Positions 28,573 to 37,928 are shown, counted from the stretch's first letter. The stretch is DNA of 64,000 nt from an uncultured Alphaproteobacteria bacterium (GCA_963696075.1 CAVOJD010000036.1:2199-66198), one strand, 5' to 3'. Notes: generated from the sequence alone by a model not told the origin. A program made the numbers and translations.

Positions 28573-28924
28573 CCCACTGCTGTCCGGTTCAGCTTTCCGC
28601 GAAACGGCGCAACAGCCTGATTGGGCCTCTCGATTTCATGATCGATGGTGGTCGAGACGCAAAATCCCGACCGGCTTCGGCTCCCTCATTGTCCATTTCA
28701 TTTCCCACACCCATCGTCATGGCCGCGCAGGCGGCCATCCACGGGCATGTCCAATCCCGCGGCTTATCGGGGTCACGAAGTCGTTGCCGCGAAACATGTA
28801 CTCCGTAGCCGGCGCCTCGTCTGCCGAGGCGCGCGTGGATGGCCGCCTACGCGGCCATGACGGCGTGGGGAGGGGAAGCGCGGTCTAAGCCTAAAGCGTT
28901 CGAGTTAGACCGGACAGTAGTGGG
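28573..28924. mobile_element. MITE-like non-coding element, copy 2 (352 bp)
   Basis: Terminal inverted repeats CCCACTGCTGTCCGGT and ACCGGACAGTAGTGGG (15/16). 5-bp direct repeat CTTGT at 28568-28572 and 28925-28929. Left arm differs from copy 1 at 3 positions over the first ~100 nt. Confidence 0.75.
28716..28861. repeat. 28-bp inverted repeats bracketing a 90-bp core (inside MITE copy 2); core inverted relative to copy 1
   Basis: GTCATGGCCGCGCAGGCGGCCATCCACG at 28716-28743; reverse complement with 1 mismatch at 28834-28861. The core aligns to the copy-1 core only after reverse complementation. Confidence 0.9.
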
Positions 28925-29030
28925 CTTGTCCCGAGGATGACCACTGAGAGGCAGTGAGACCGTTGAGGGGCAGCGATAAAGCCGAAACCGCCTATCAGCC
29001 AACGATCCTCACCGCGAATACGAACACGTC

Positions 29031-29178
29031 AAAGGCAAAGCCTTCTGGGAGCATTGCGACCCGGCGCCTCGCTCCCGCGATCCGGATGCGCAGCATCCGC
29101 AGCGGCAGCGCAAAAATGAGCCGCCCCCGCGGAGGGCCCGGTCGCGAACGCGACCGGAATTGCCCGCGAGCGAAACAA
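29031..29178. repeat. degenerate solo unit of the 106-bp repeat family, with an inserted hairpin
   Basis: GGCAAAGCCTTCTGGGAGCATTGCGACCCGGCGCC and CCCGCGGAGGGCCCGGTCGCGAACGCGACCGGAATTGCCCGCGAGCGAAACA align to the array unit at 34363-34868. It ends a few nt from the pepF stop codon. Confidence 0.55.
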
Positions 29179-29182
29179 CTCC

Positions 29183-31063
29183 CTAAACCCCGGCTTTTTC
29201 CATGGCCTCGAGTTCGTCGATCATGTCTTCGATCACGCTCAGCCCCTTGTGCCAGAACTCAGGGCTGGACGCATCGAGGCCGAACGGCGCGAGCAGCTCC
29301 GAATGGTGTTTCGACCCGCCCGCACTCAGCAAGTCAAAATACTTCGCCACGAAATCCGGATGCGCATCCTCGTAAAGCTTGTAGAGCGAATTCACGAGGC
29401 AATCACCGAACGCGTAGGCGTAGACATAGAACGGCGAGCGGATGAAATGGCCGATATAGGCCCAGAACACCTCATACCCGTCCTTGAAAACAATCGCATC
29501 GCCAAGGCTCTCGCCCTGCACGCTCATCCAGAGCTCGTTGATCTGATCACTCGTCAGCTCCCCCTCACGCCGCGCGAGATGGACCTTACGCTCGAATTTG
29601 TAGAAAGCGATCTGGCGCACGACCGTGTTGATCATGTCCTCGACCTTGCCCGCGATCAGCGCCTTGCGCTCCTTCGGGTCCGTCGTCTCTTTGAGCAGCG
29701 CCTTGAAGGTGAGCATCTCGCCAAACACCGACGCCGTCTCAGCGAGCGTCAACGGCGTCTGCGACAACAGCATCCCCTGCTTCGCCGCCAGCACCTGATG
29801 AACGCCGTGTCCGAGTTCATGCGCAAGCGTCATCACGTCCCGCGATTTGCCGAGGTAATTCAGCAGAACGTACGGGTGCACCGACGGCACCACCGGATGC
29901 GAGAACGCGCCCGGCGCCTTTCCAGGCCGCGTCGGCGCATCAATCCATCTCTTGTCGAAGAAATCCTTCGCGATGTCGGCCATTTGCGGTGAGAACCCAC
30001 CATAGGCCGACAGCACCATTTCGCGTGCCTCGGGCCAGGCAATCACACGCTCCGGCTTATCGGGCAGCGGTGCATTGCGGTCCCAGTGGGCCAGCTGATC
30101 CATGCCCAGCCACTTCGCCTTCATCCGGTAGTAGCGGTGCGAAATCGAGGGGTATTTCTCCGTAACCGCATCGACCAGCGCCTCGACCACTTCCCCCTCG
30201 ACCCGATTGGCGAGATGGCGGCTATCCGCCACATCCTTGAAACCCCGCCACCGGTCGGAGATCTCCTTGTCCTTGGCGAGCGTATTGGTGATCAACGTGA
30301 ACACGCGGATGTTGTCACGGAACGTCTTGGCCAGCGCGTCGGCGCCCGCCTTGCGTCGCGCTTCGTGCTTGTCCATCAACAGGTTGAGCGTTGGTTCCAG
30401 TGTCAACGGTTCCGCCTCACCATCGACATCGAACCTGAGAGACGCCATCGTATCGGAGAACAGACGATTCCAGGCCCCGGCCGCCGTCTGCGACTTATCC
30501 GTGAACAGTTGTTCGAGTTTTTCATCGAGCTGGAAGGGCTTTTCCTTCCTCAGATCATCGAGCCAGGGCTTGTAATGCTTGAGCTTGCCATCCCCGAGCG
30601 CCACGCTAAGCGCCTCATCGTCGATCTGGTTGAATTCCAGCTCGATAAAGATGAGCTCGCGCGAAATCTCGGTCAGCTGGGCGATCGTATCGCCGTAGAA
30701 CTTGGCGCGCGCCTGGTCGGACTGGTCTCCGGCATAGTAAAGCCCGGCATAAGAGCCGAGCCGGCTCATCAGCTCCGCCACCTCCTCATAAGCCCGGATC
30801 ATGTCGGCAAGTTTTGCCCCATCGCGGCCAAGACCGACGATTTTGCCCTGGTAGGCAGCCTTGAGGCTTTGCGCCATCTCCCGCGCGCGCTCAATGTCGC
30901 GCTTGACCTCCGCCGCCTCAGGTCCGACGTAGAGATCGTCCAGGTTCCACTCCGGCATCTCGCCAAGTTCCGCCCCGCCCGGTGCCGCGCCCGCCTCCCC
31001 CGCCGGCGCGTCAGCTGCGGCAATTGCAATCAGGGGCAGATGAGGGTGCTCACGAAGAGGCAT
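29183..31063 (-). CDS. pepF: oligoendopeptidase F family (M3 metallopeptidase)
   Basis: Zinc motif TLAHELGHGVH. Length and overall pattern are typical of the PepF family. Confidence 0.85.
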   Translation of the reverse strand: MPLREHPHLPLIAIAAADAPAGEAGAAPGGAELGEMPEWNLDDLYVGPEAAEVKRDIERAREMAQSLKAAYQGKIVGLGRDGAKLADMIRAYEEVAELMSRLGSYAGLYYAGDQSDQARAKFYGDTIAQLTEISRELIFIELEFNQIDDEALSVALGDGKLKHYKPWLDDLRKEKPFQLDEKLEQLFTDKSQTAAGAWNRLFSDTMASLRFDVDGEAEPLTLEPTLNLLMDKHEARRKAGADALAKTFRDNIRVFTLITNTLAKDKEISDRWRGFKDVADSRHLANRVEGEVVEALVDAVTEKYPSISHRYYRMKAKWLGMDQLAHWDRNAPLPDKPERVIAWPEAREMVLSAYGGFSPQMADIAKDFFDKRWIDAPTRPGKAPGAFSHPVVPSVHPYVLLNYLGKSRDVMTLAHELGHGVHQVLAAKQGMLLSQTPLTLAETASVFGEMLTFKALLKETTDPKERKALIAGKVEDMINTVVRQIAFYKFERKVHLARREGELTSDQINELWMSVQGESLGDAIVFKDGYEVFWAYIGHFIRSPFYVYAYAFGDCLVNSLYKLYEDAHPDFVAKYFDLLSAGGSKHHSELLAPFGLDASSPEFWHKGLSVIEDMIDELEAMEKAGV

Positions 31064-31287
31064 GTTAAACTCCGTTTGGGATCTAATGGTCGATGGCGAA
31101 TGTGGCGCGCGTCACCCACATGATCAAGGCGTTTGGCGCTTTGACACCGCGCCGGCGACGCGATGAACCGTCACGCTCACCGTCACGCTCAATGTGATAC
31201 GGCGAAATCGGACTGGGAACACGCTTCCACCAATCGATGGCCCGAACGGCCTGGCAGAATAAGCGACAAGGGTGCGAGAAAGCCGCA

Positions 31288-32370
31288 ATGAACATTAAAC
31301 CTTCAGCCGATTCCTTTGAAACCGACCGCACCCACTGGCCCGACAGCCACCCGGACGTGCGCGTCGGGCGCATCGGCATCCTGCTCGTCAATCTCGGCAC
31401 CCCCGACGGCACCGATTATCGCTCGATGCGCCGCTATCTCGAGGAATTCCTCACCGACAAGCGTGTGATCGAGTGGCCGCGCGCGCTGTGGTACCCGATC
31501 CTTTACGGCATCGTCCTGAACCGGCGTCCGCAAAAGGTAGGCAAGGCCTACGAATCGATCTGGAACACCGAACGCGACGAGAGCTTCCTGCGCACCTACA
31601 CCCGCGCCCAGGGCGAACAACTCGCCGAACGCCTCATCGGCGCCGATCCCGGTGCCCGCCCCGGCAGCCGGATCGTGGTCGATTGGGCGATGCGCTATGG
31701 CAACCCCTCGATCCCCGACAAGCTTGCCGAATTGAAAGAAGCCGGCTGCGACCGCATCGTCTGGTTCCCCCTCTACCCGCAATATGCCGCCGCGACGACT
31801 GCCACCGTGAACGACAAGGCTTTCGAAGCCCTCATGAAAATGCGCTGGCAACCCGCCGTCAGAACCGTCCCGCCCTATCACGACCACCCGGCTTACATCG
31901 AAGCCCTCGCAAAATCGCTCGAGCGCCACGTCGCCGGCCTCGACTGGGAGCCGGAACGCGTCATTGCCTCCTACCACGGCATTCCCAAAAGCTATTTCGA
32001 GAAGGGCGACCCCTACCACTGCCACTGCCTGAAAACGACCCGCCTCCTGCGCGAACGCCTCGGCTGGAGCGAAGACTACCTGATCTCGACGTTTCAATCC
32101 CGTTTCGGCCCGGAAGAATGGCTGCAGCCGTACACAGACGAAACCATTGAGAAACTCGCACACGACGGCGTCAAGAGAATTGCTGTTTTCAATCCTGGTT
32201 TTGTTTCCGATTGCCTTGAAACGCTTGAAGAAATCGCCGAGGAAGCAAAAGAGGAATTTATCGAGGCCGGCGGAGAAAAATTCACGCACGTCCCCTGCCT
32301 GAATGATACCGACCTCGGTCTTGACGTCATCGAGGCCATCGTGCGCCGCGAGGTGGCCGGCTGGATTTGA
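31288..32370 (+). CDS. hemH: ferrochelatase
   Basis: GILLVNLGTPD, YLEEFLTDKRVIE, MRYGNPSI, FPLYPQY, SYHGIP, SRFGPEEWLQPYT, PGFVSDCLETLEEI. Confidence 0.9.
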   Translation: MNIKPSADSFETDRTHWPDSHPDVRVGRIGILLVNLGTPDGTDYRSMRRYLEEFLTDKRVIEWPRALWYPILYGIVLNRRPQKVGKAYESIWNTERDESFLRTYTRAQGEQLAERLIGADPGARPGSRIVVDWAMRYGNPSIPDKLAELKEAGCDRIVWFPLYPQYAAATTATVNDKAFEALMKMRWQPAVRTVPPYHDHPAYIEALAKSLERHVAGLDWEPERVIASYHGIPKSYFEKGDPYHCHCLKTTRLLRERLGWSEDYLISTFQSRFGPEEWLQPYTDETIEKLAHDGVKRIAVFNPGFVSDCLETLEEIAEEAKEEFIEAGGEKFTHVPCLNDTDLGLDVIEAIVRREVAGWI

Positions 32371-32502
32371 CGCCACGCAGCCACACACGCCGCAGTGGGA
32401 CAGCCCTGACGTGACCTGACTGACGACGTCTCAGTGCCTCACGAACAGCAGGGCGACCCGGTTCATTCGGCTCAATTCAGCCGCTATTTCCCATTAATCT
32501 CA

Positions 32503-32537
32503 GGCCGAGCATGCTTCATGCTCGGCCTTTATTTTTG
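32503..32537 (+). terminator. rho-independent terminator after hemH
   Basis: GGCCGAGCATG / CATGCTCGGCC stem followed by TTTATTTTTG. Confidence 0.7.
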
Positions 32538-32655
32538 TTCGAATTTCAAAACGATATACAAATTTTCAGTCTATTTACCAATTATTCCCAGTTTGACGAC
32601 ATATTGAGACCCAAATCCGAATATGAGCCCGACAAACCCAGACGAGGAATCGGAA

Positions 32656-33684
32656 ATGATTGGAAGCGCAGGCATTGCCGGACTGATATTGATTGCATTC
32701 GCAATCGCCATTCTCTGGTCCGTGGTCAAGATTGTACCCCAGGGTTACAATTACACAGTCGAGAACTTCGGAAAGTACAGCCGCACGCTCCAGCCCGGCC
32801 TGCACTTTCTTACCCCCGTCGTCGAACGCGTCGGCTACAAGATGAACATGAAGGAGCAGGTCCTCGACATTCCCGGCCAGGACGTCATCACCCGCGACAA
32901 CGCCATGGTCCGCGTTGACGGCGTCAACTTCTACCAGATCCTGAATGCCGCCAAGGCCGCCTACGAAGTCGACTACCTCGAAGGCTCCATCATCAACCTC
33001 ACCATGACCAACATCCGTACCGTCATGGGTTCGATGGATCTCGACGAACTCCTCTCCAACCGCGACGTCATCAATGCCAAGCTCCTCGAAGTCGTCGACG
33101 CCGCAACCGAGACCTGGGGCGTCAAGGTCACCCGCATCGAGATCAAGGACATTGACCCGCCGCGCGACATCGTCGATTCGATGGGCCGCCAGATGAAGGC
33201 CGAGCGCGAGAAGCGTGCCCAGATCCTCGAGGCCCAGGGCTCACGTGAATCCGCCATCCTGAAAGCCGAAGGCGAAAAGCAGGCCGCCGTCCTCGAAGCC
33301 GAAGGCCGCCGCGAAGCTGCCTTCAAGGACGCCGAGGCCCGCGAACGTTCCGCTGAAGCCGAGGCCAAGGCGACCCAGATGGTCTCCGACGCCATCAGCG
33401 CTGGCAACGTCCAGGCAATCAACTACTTCGTCGCCAACAACTACATGAAGGCGCTGGAAGGCATCGCGAAATCGCCGAACCAGAAAATCCTGATGATGCC
33501 GCTCGAGGCCTCATCGATCATCGGCTCGCTCGCCGGTGTCGCGGAAATCGCCGGCGAAGCCTTCGGCGGCAAAAGGTCCAGCAACACCAACGGATCGACC
33601 ACGGCCAACGGCACCTCGAACACGCCGCCGCGCACACCGCCCGCGGCTCCGACAACACCAGACAACCCTTGGGGAAATTCTTAG
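32656..33684 (+). CDS. SPFH/band-7 (stomatin-like, QmcA-type) protein
   Basis: N-terminal TM helix, then [43 protein letters not shown], coiled-coil AEREKRA. GAGGAA lies 6 nt before the ATG at 32656. Confidence 0.85.
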   Translation: MIGSAGIAGLILIAFAIAILWSVVKIVPQGYNYTVENFGKYSRTLQPGLHFLTPVVERVGYKMNMKEQVLDIPGQDVITRDNAMVRVDGVNFYQILNAAKAAYEVDYLEGSIINLTMTNIRTVMGSMDLDELLSNRDVINAKLLEVVDAATETWGVKVTRIEIKDIDPPRDIVDSMGRQMKAEREKRAQILEAQGSRESAILKAEGEKQAAVLEAEGRREAAFKDAEARERSAEAEAKATQMVSDAISAGNVQAINYFVANNYMKALEGIAKSPNQKILMMPLEASSIIGSLAGVAEIAGEAFGGKRSSNTNGSTTANGTSNTPPRTPPAAPTTPDNPWGNS

Positions 33685-33789
33685 TTCCCTAACAACCCTG
33701 ATGTAGACTGCCTGAGCCGGGCCCCTGGGCCCGGCTCAATGCGAAGCGACCAAGTCGGTCGGGCGAGAGCCAATTGACCCCGCCCGCAA

Positions 33790-34260
33790 ATGAGGGACGA
33801 CTGCCCGATGCAGGACTTAATGACGTTCGTTCTCAGCCTCGGCGGCTGGCTCTGGTTCATTCTGGCGCTGATCCTCATCCTGCTGGAATCGGTCCTGCCC
33901 GGCATCCATTTCATCTGGTTCGGCATGGCCGCCATCATCGTCGGCTTCCTTGCACTCGCCCTCGATATCGACTGGCAGATCCAGGTATTCTTGTTCGCGA
34001 TCCTATCCGTCGTCACCGCATTGCTCGCACGCCGCTTTCTGTCGCCTGAAAACACCGTCACCGACGAACCGAGCCTGAATGAGCGCGGCGCGTATTACGT
34101 CGGCCGTGTCGTCGTCGTCGAAGAGCCGATTGTAAACGGCCGTGGCCGCGTCCGCGTCGGCGACAGCCTCTGGACCGCCTCCGGCCCGGACATGGCAACC
34201 GGCGCACGCGCCAAAGTCACCCGCGTCGACGGCACCGTCCTCGTCGTTGAACCGGCCTGA
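33790..34260 (+). CDS. NfeD family membrane protein (partner of the SPFH protein)
   Basis: Three N-terminal TM helices and a C-terminal OB-like beta domain (GRGRVRVGDSLWTASG...VTRVDGTVLVVEP). Start could be the ATG at 33790, 33808 or 33820. Confidence 0.8.
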   Translation: MRDDCPMQDLMTFVLSLGGWLWFILALILILLESVLPGIHFIWFGMAAIIVGFLALALDIDWQIQVFLFAILSVVTALLARRFLSPENTVTDEPSLNERGAYYVGRVVVVEEPIVNGRGRVRVGDSLWTASGPDMATGARAKVTRVDGTVLVVEPA

Positions 34261-34362
34261 GAAACCCGGCCAGGGCGCCACTGCCCGCCAGCAGAACCCG
34301 GCGGCAAGACCCGTAGATCTTGCGAAGCCAAAACGGCAACCGGCACACCGTTCTATCCGGGG

Positions 34363-34868
34363 GCAACCGCGACCCGCGCCTTTGGCGCACCCACGCGGAG
34401 GGTCCGATCGCGACTACGACCGGAACAGCCCGTGCGCGAAATCACCTCGGCGGCAAAGCCGCCGGGGAGCAACCGCGACCCGCGCCGTTGGCGCGCCCGC
34501 GCGGAGGGCCCGATCGCGACTGCGACCGGAACAGCCCGTGCGCGAAATCACCTCGGCGGCAAAGCCGCCGGGGAGCAACCGCGACCCGCGCCGTTGGCGC
34601 GCCCGCGCGGAGGGCCCGGTCGCGACTGCGACCGGAACAGCCCGTGAGCGAAATCACCTCGGCGGCAAAGCCGCCGGGGAGCAACCGCGACCCGCGCCGT
34701 TGGCGCGCCCGCGCGGAGGGCCCGGTCGCGACTGCGACCGGAACAGCCCGTGAGCGAAATCACCTCGGCGGCAAAGCCGCCGGGGAGCAACCGCGACCCG
34801 CGCCGTTGGCGCGCCCGCGCGGAGGGCCCGGTCGCGACTGCGACCGGAACAGCCCGTGAGCGAAATCA
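34363..34868. repeat. tandem array of a 106-bp GC-rich structured unit (4.8 copies)
   Basis: Unit starts at 34363, 34469, 34575, 34681 and 34787, an exact 106-nt period. Copies 3 and 4 are identical, copy 2 differs from them at 2 positions, and copy 1 is the most diverged. The last copy is truncated at GAAATCA. Confidence 0.95.
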
Positions 34869-36113
34869 GAGCCCGACGCGCAACAGGTCGTGCACATGCA
34901 CGATGCCAACCGGCTTGCCCTTCTCGACGACGAACAGCGCCGTAATCCGCGCACTGTTGATCTGCTCGAGCGCTGCGGATGCCAGCAGATCCGGCCGGAT
35001 CGTCTTCGGCGCCTTGGTCATGATCTCGGCCGTCGTTGCCGTCAGCAGCCCATTGTTCATGTGTCGGCGAAGGTCACCGTCGGTGATTACACCGACCAGC
35101 CGGCCCGTGCGGTCAACCACCCCCAGGCACCCGAACGCCCTCTGCGTCATCGTCACGATCGCGTCCGCCATCGAAACGTCCTTGCCGACCAGCGGCAGCG
35201 CACCATCACCCGCGTGCATGATATCGCTGACATACTTGAGCTGCGCGCCAAGTGAGCCGCCCGGATGGATCTGCTTGAAATCCTCCGCCGTGAACCCCTT
35301 CGCCTCAAGCAACGCAATCGCCAGGCAATCGCCCAGCGCCAGCGTCATCGTCGTCGACGTCGTCGGCGCCAACCCATGCGGACACGCTTCCGGCGCCTTC
35401 GGCAACGTCAGCACGACGTCTGCCGCCTTGCCGAGCGCTGATCCTGCTTTCGACGTGATCGCGATCAGCGGAACAGCAAATCTGCGGGTATGATTGAGGA
35501 TATTGCCAAGTTCGAACGTCTCCCCCGACCATGAGATCGCCAGCACCGCATCATCGCGCGTAATCATGCCAAGGTCGCCGTGCGAGGCTTCACTGGGGTG
35601 GACAAAATGCGCCGTCGTCCCCGTGGATGCCAGCGTCGCGGCGATCTTCTGGCCGATGTGACCGGATTTCCCAATCCCTGTCACGATCACCCGGCCCCGC
35701 GCCGCACCAAGCACTTGCACCGCCTTCGCGAAAGGCGCCGCCATCTGCTTCGACAGCGCCGCCATCAAGTCGTTCAGACCGTTGATTTCCAGCTTGAGCG
35801 TCCGCTTGGCGGATCGCGCAATGAGCGAGACCCCGGCCGCACGCGTGCCCGCCGTCGATCGGGCAACCCGCTTAGGTGTCCGCGTCTTGGCGCCCGCGGC
35901 AGACTTCGTCTTGCTTTTAGGGTTCGCCACTGCCTGAGCCGCGCCCGCCGGTTTCGGCGCAGCGCCCTTCTTGGGCCCCTTCGCGGGCTTGGCCGCCTGC
36001 TGGGATTTCCCCGCCACAGCCTTTGCCCCGCGCACAGGCTGACTGCGTTTCACCTTGCCCGTCTCGCCGGTCTTGAGCGTCTGCCGCCGTGTCGTGGCTG
36101 CCGTCATCGTCAT
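34866..36113 (-). CDS. kpsF: KpsF/GutQ-family arabinose-5-phosphate isomerase with Ala/Lys/Pro-rich N-terminal extension
   Basis: SIS domain (VIVTGIGKSGHIGQKIAATLASTG, LAISWSGET) and tandem CBS domains (GCLGVVD, ALFVVEKGKPVGIVHVHDLLR). About 90 extra N-terminal residues rich in A, K and P. ATG at 36113 or 36107. Confidence 0.8.
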   Translation of the reverse strand: MTMTAATTRRQTLKTGETGKVKRSQPVRGAKAVAGKSQQAAKPAKGPKKGAAPKPAGAAQAVANPKSKTKSAAGAKTRTPKRVARSTAGTRAAGVSLIARSAKRTLKLEINGLNDLMAALSKQMAAPFAKAVQVLGAARGRVIVTGIGKSGHIGQKIAATLASTGTTAHFVHPSEASHGDLGMITRDDAVLAISWSGETFELGNILNHTRRFAVPLIAITSKAGSALGKAADVVLTLPKAPEACPHGLAPTTSTTMTLALGDCLAIALLEAKGFTAEDFKQIHPGGSLGAQLKYVSDIMHAGDGALPLVGKDVSMADAIVTMTQRAFGCLGVVDRTGRLVGVITDGDLRRHMNNGLLTATTAEIMTKAPKTIRPDLLASAALEQINSARITALFVVEKGKPVGIVHVHDLLRVGL

Positions 36114-36451
36114 CAATCCCCCAGGTCGCGGCCCCCGCCGCTTCCGCGCCGTATCGCGTTTGGACTGTCCATACAATCCCTCGCGTGCAAACTGAAACAA
36201 TTTCGAGCCCCGATACACAACGAAAAGGCCGCGACCTGCCGTCTCGAACCGCAACACCACCTAACCAAACCTTAACCCACCCGATAGTAGTCTCATCCCG
36301 CGGCGCCGTATTGCGTGCAATCAGACCGGACAAACTCTGACGCCCCGTTGGTTGCTTTTTGCCGTTGATCGAAAGCGATTAGCGCAATTCGGAGCGGGTT
36401 TTGCCGCGCATCCCAGAACATGATCGTGCATCCGGCCCCGTGCCGGAGCCA

Positions 36452-37928
36452 ATGACACCCGCAGCCCTGCTGCGCGTGGCAGCGTCGGCTTGCGCCCTCT
36501 TCCTCCTGCCGCTCCTCATTCTGCTTCTCGTCTTCGCGCCCCTCAACACCGCCCAGGCCCAGGACCAGGCGTCCCCCGCCTCTTCCGCGATCAGCCAGTC
36601 ATCGGACTTGCGCCCAACCGTGCGCCCCGAGCCGGGCGATTTTTCAGCCGACCTTAAGGCCACCGACCGCTTGGGCCCGCGTGAGCCGGACCTGCGCCTC
36701 GAAGCTGACCGCAACGCTTTTAACGATCCACCTGCAGGCTACGACAGCCGCCGTTTCCAGATCGAGCCGATCCCCCTTGCCGACCGCCGCATCCGCGACC
36801 TCTATGAAATCGAGCCTTACGAACACCTGGGCTGGCGGCTCGGAAGCTTCATCCTCTATTCGCAGATCGACATCGGCGGCGGCTGGGAGTTCGAACGTCT
36901 TCTATGAGCCGTCCGCCCGCGCCGACTGGTTGGCCGCGATTGACTCCGAAACCCGCCTCGTCTCCGACTGGGACAACCACGCCCTCGAACTGCGCATGCG
37001 TCATGCCGGCGACTTCCAACGCGACTTTCCCGGCCAGGACGATGCCGCCAGAACGTATGAACTGCGCGGCCGCCTCGACGTGCGCCGCTCAACCCGGCTC
37101 GAGGCCACCATCGGCCACGACACCACCCGCGAAGAAGCCAACGCCATCGATGCCGCGCCCAATGCCGGATCGCGCCGCGACGTCACAACCGACCGTGCCA
37201 CGGTATCGGCCAACCATAGCTTCAACCGCCTGAGCCTCGACCTGCGCGGCGGCTTTCGCAACACCACCTACGACGATCCCCTTACGACGCCGTCGCGTGA
37301 TTTCAACCAGCGCACCATCACCGGGCGCGCCTCCTGGTCCTTCCGCCCGACACTCGCAGCCTTCAGCGAACTCGGTTACGACCGCCGTGACCGTGCCGCC
37401 GCGCCCGCCTCCGATGGCTTGTCACGCTCCTCCGATGGCGAGCGTGTCCGCCTTGGCCTCTCCTTTGGCCAGACCGGCGCGGTCCTGCGCGGCGAGGCAA
37501 GCCTCGGCTACGGCCGCCAGCGCCCGGACAGCGCAGCGCTTCCCGACGTCCACGCCTTCCTCATCGACGCCAATCTCGCCTGGCGCATCACGCCACTGAC
37601 CGCGCTCCTCTTCACCGCCGAGACGACCATCGACGAGACCAGCGTTGCCGGCGCCTCAGCCGCCGTGAACCGGCGCTTGGGAGTTGGAATTCGCCATGCT
37701 TTCCGCCGTCATCTGATTGGCGAAGCGGGCATCACCTACGGCGTCCAGGACTACCGCGGCGCCACCCTCGATGAGACATCCATCGAGTTCCGCTCCCGCG
37801 TCGAATACACCGTAAACCGCAACGTCGCCCTCTTCACCGAGGCGCGTCACACCCGCTTCGATTCGACCGCCACAGGCCGCGACTACGACGCCACCGCCCT
37901 CCGCTTCGGCGCCCGCCTGCGCAACTGA
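36452..37928 (+). pseudogene. outer-membrane beta-barrel protein gene interrupted by a +1 frameshift (or sequencing indel)
   Basis: Frame A carries the signal peptide (MTPAALLRVAASACALFLLPLLILLLVFAPLNTAQA) and LGWRLGSFILYSQIDIGGGW, then stops at 36907. Frame B continues SSNVFYEPSARADW... through a long barrel ending ALRFGARLRN. The switch is at the GGG run near 36885-36887. Confidence 0.6.

Noticed and set aside
34142-34859. Several overlapping ORFs on both strands reading through the 106-bp array (repetitive 'PGSNRDPRRWRARAEGP...' peptides).
   Set aside because: The period of 106 is not divisible by 3, so each unit is read in a different frame. All frames and both strands are open because the repeat simply lacks stops. 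This is not a repeat protein.
34363-34868. Possible CRISPR array.
   Set aside because: The entire 106-bp unit is repeated head to tail with no unique spacers between repeats. There are no cas genes or leader in the window.
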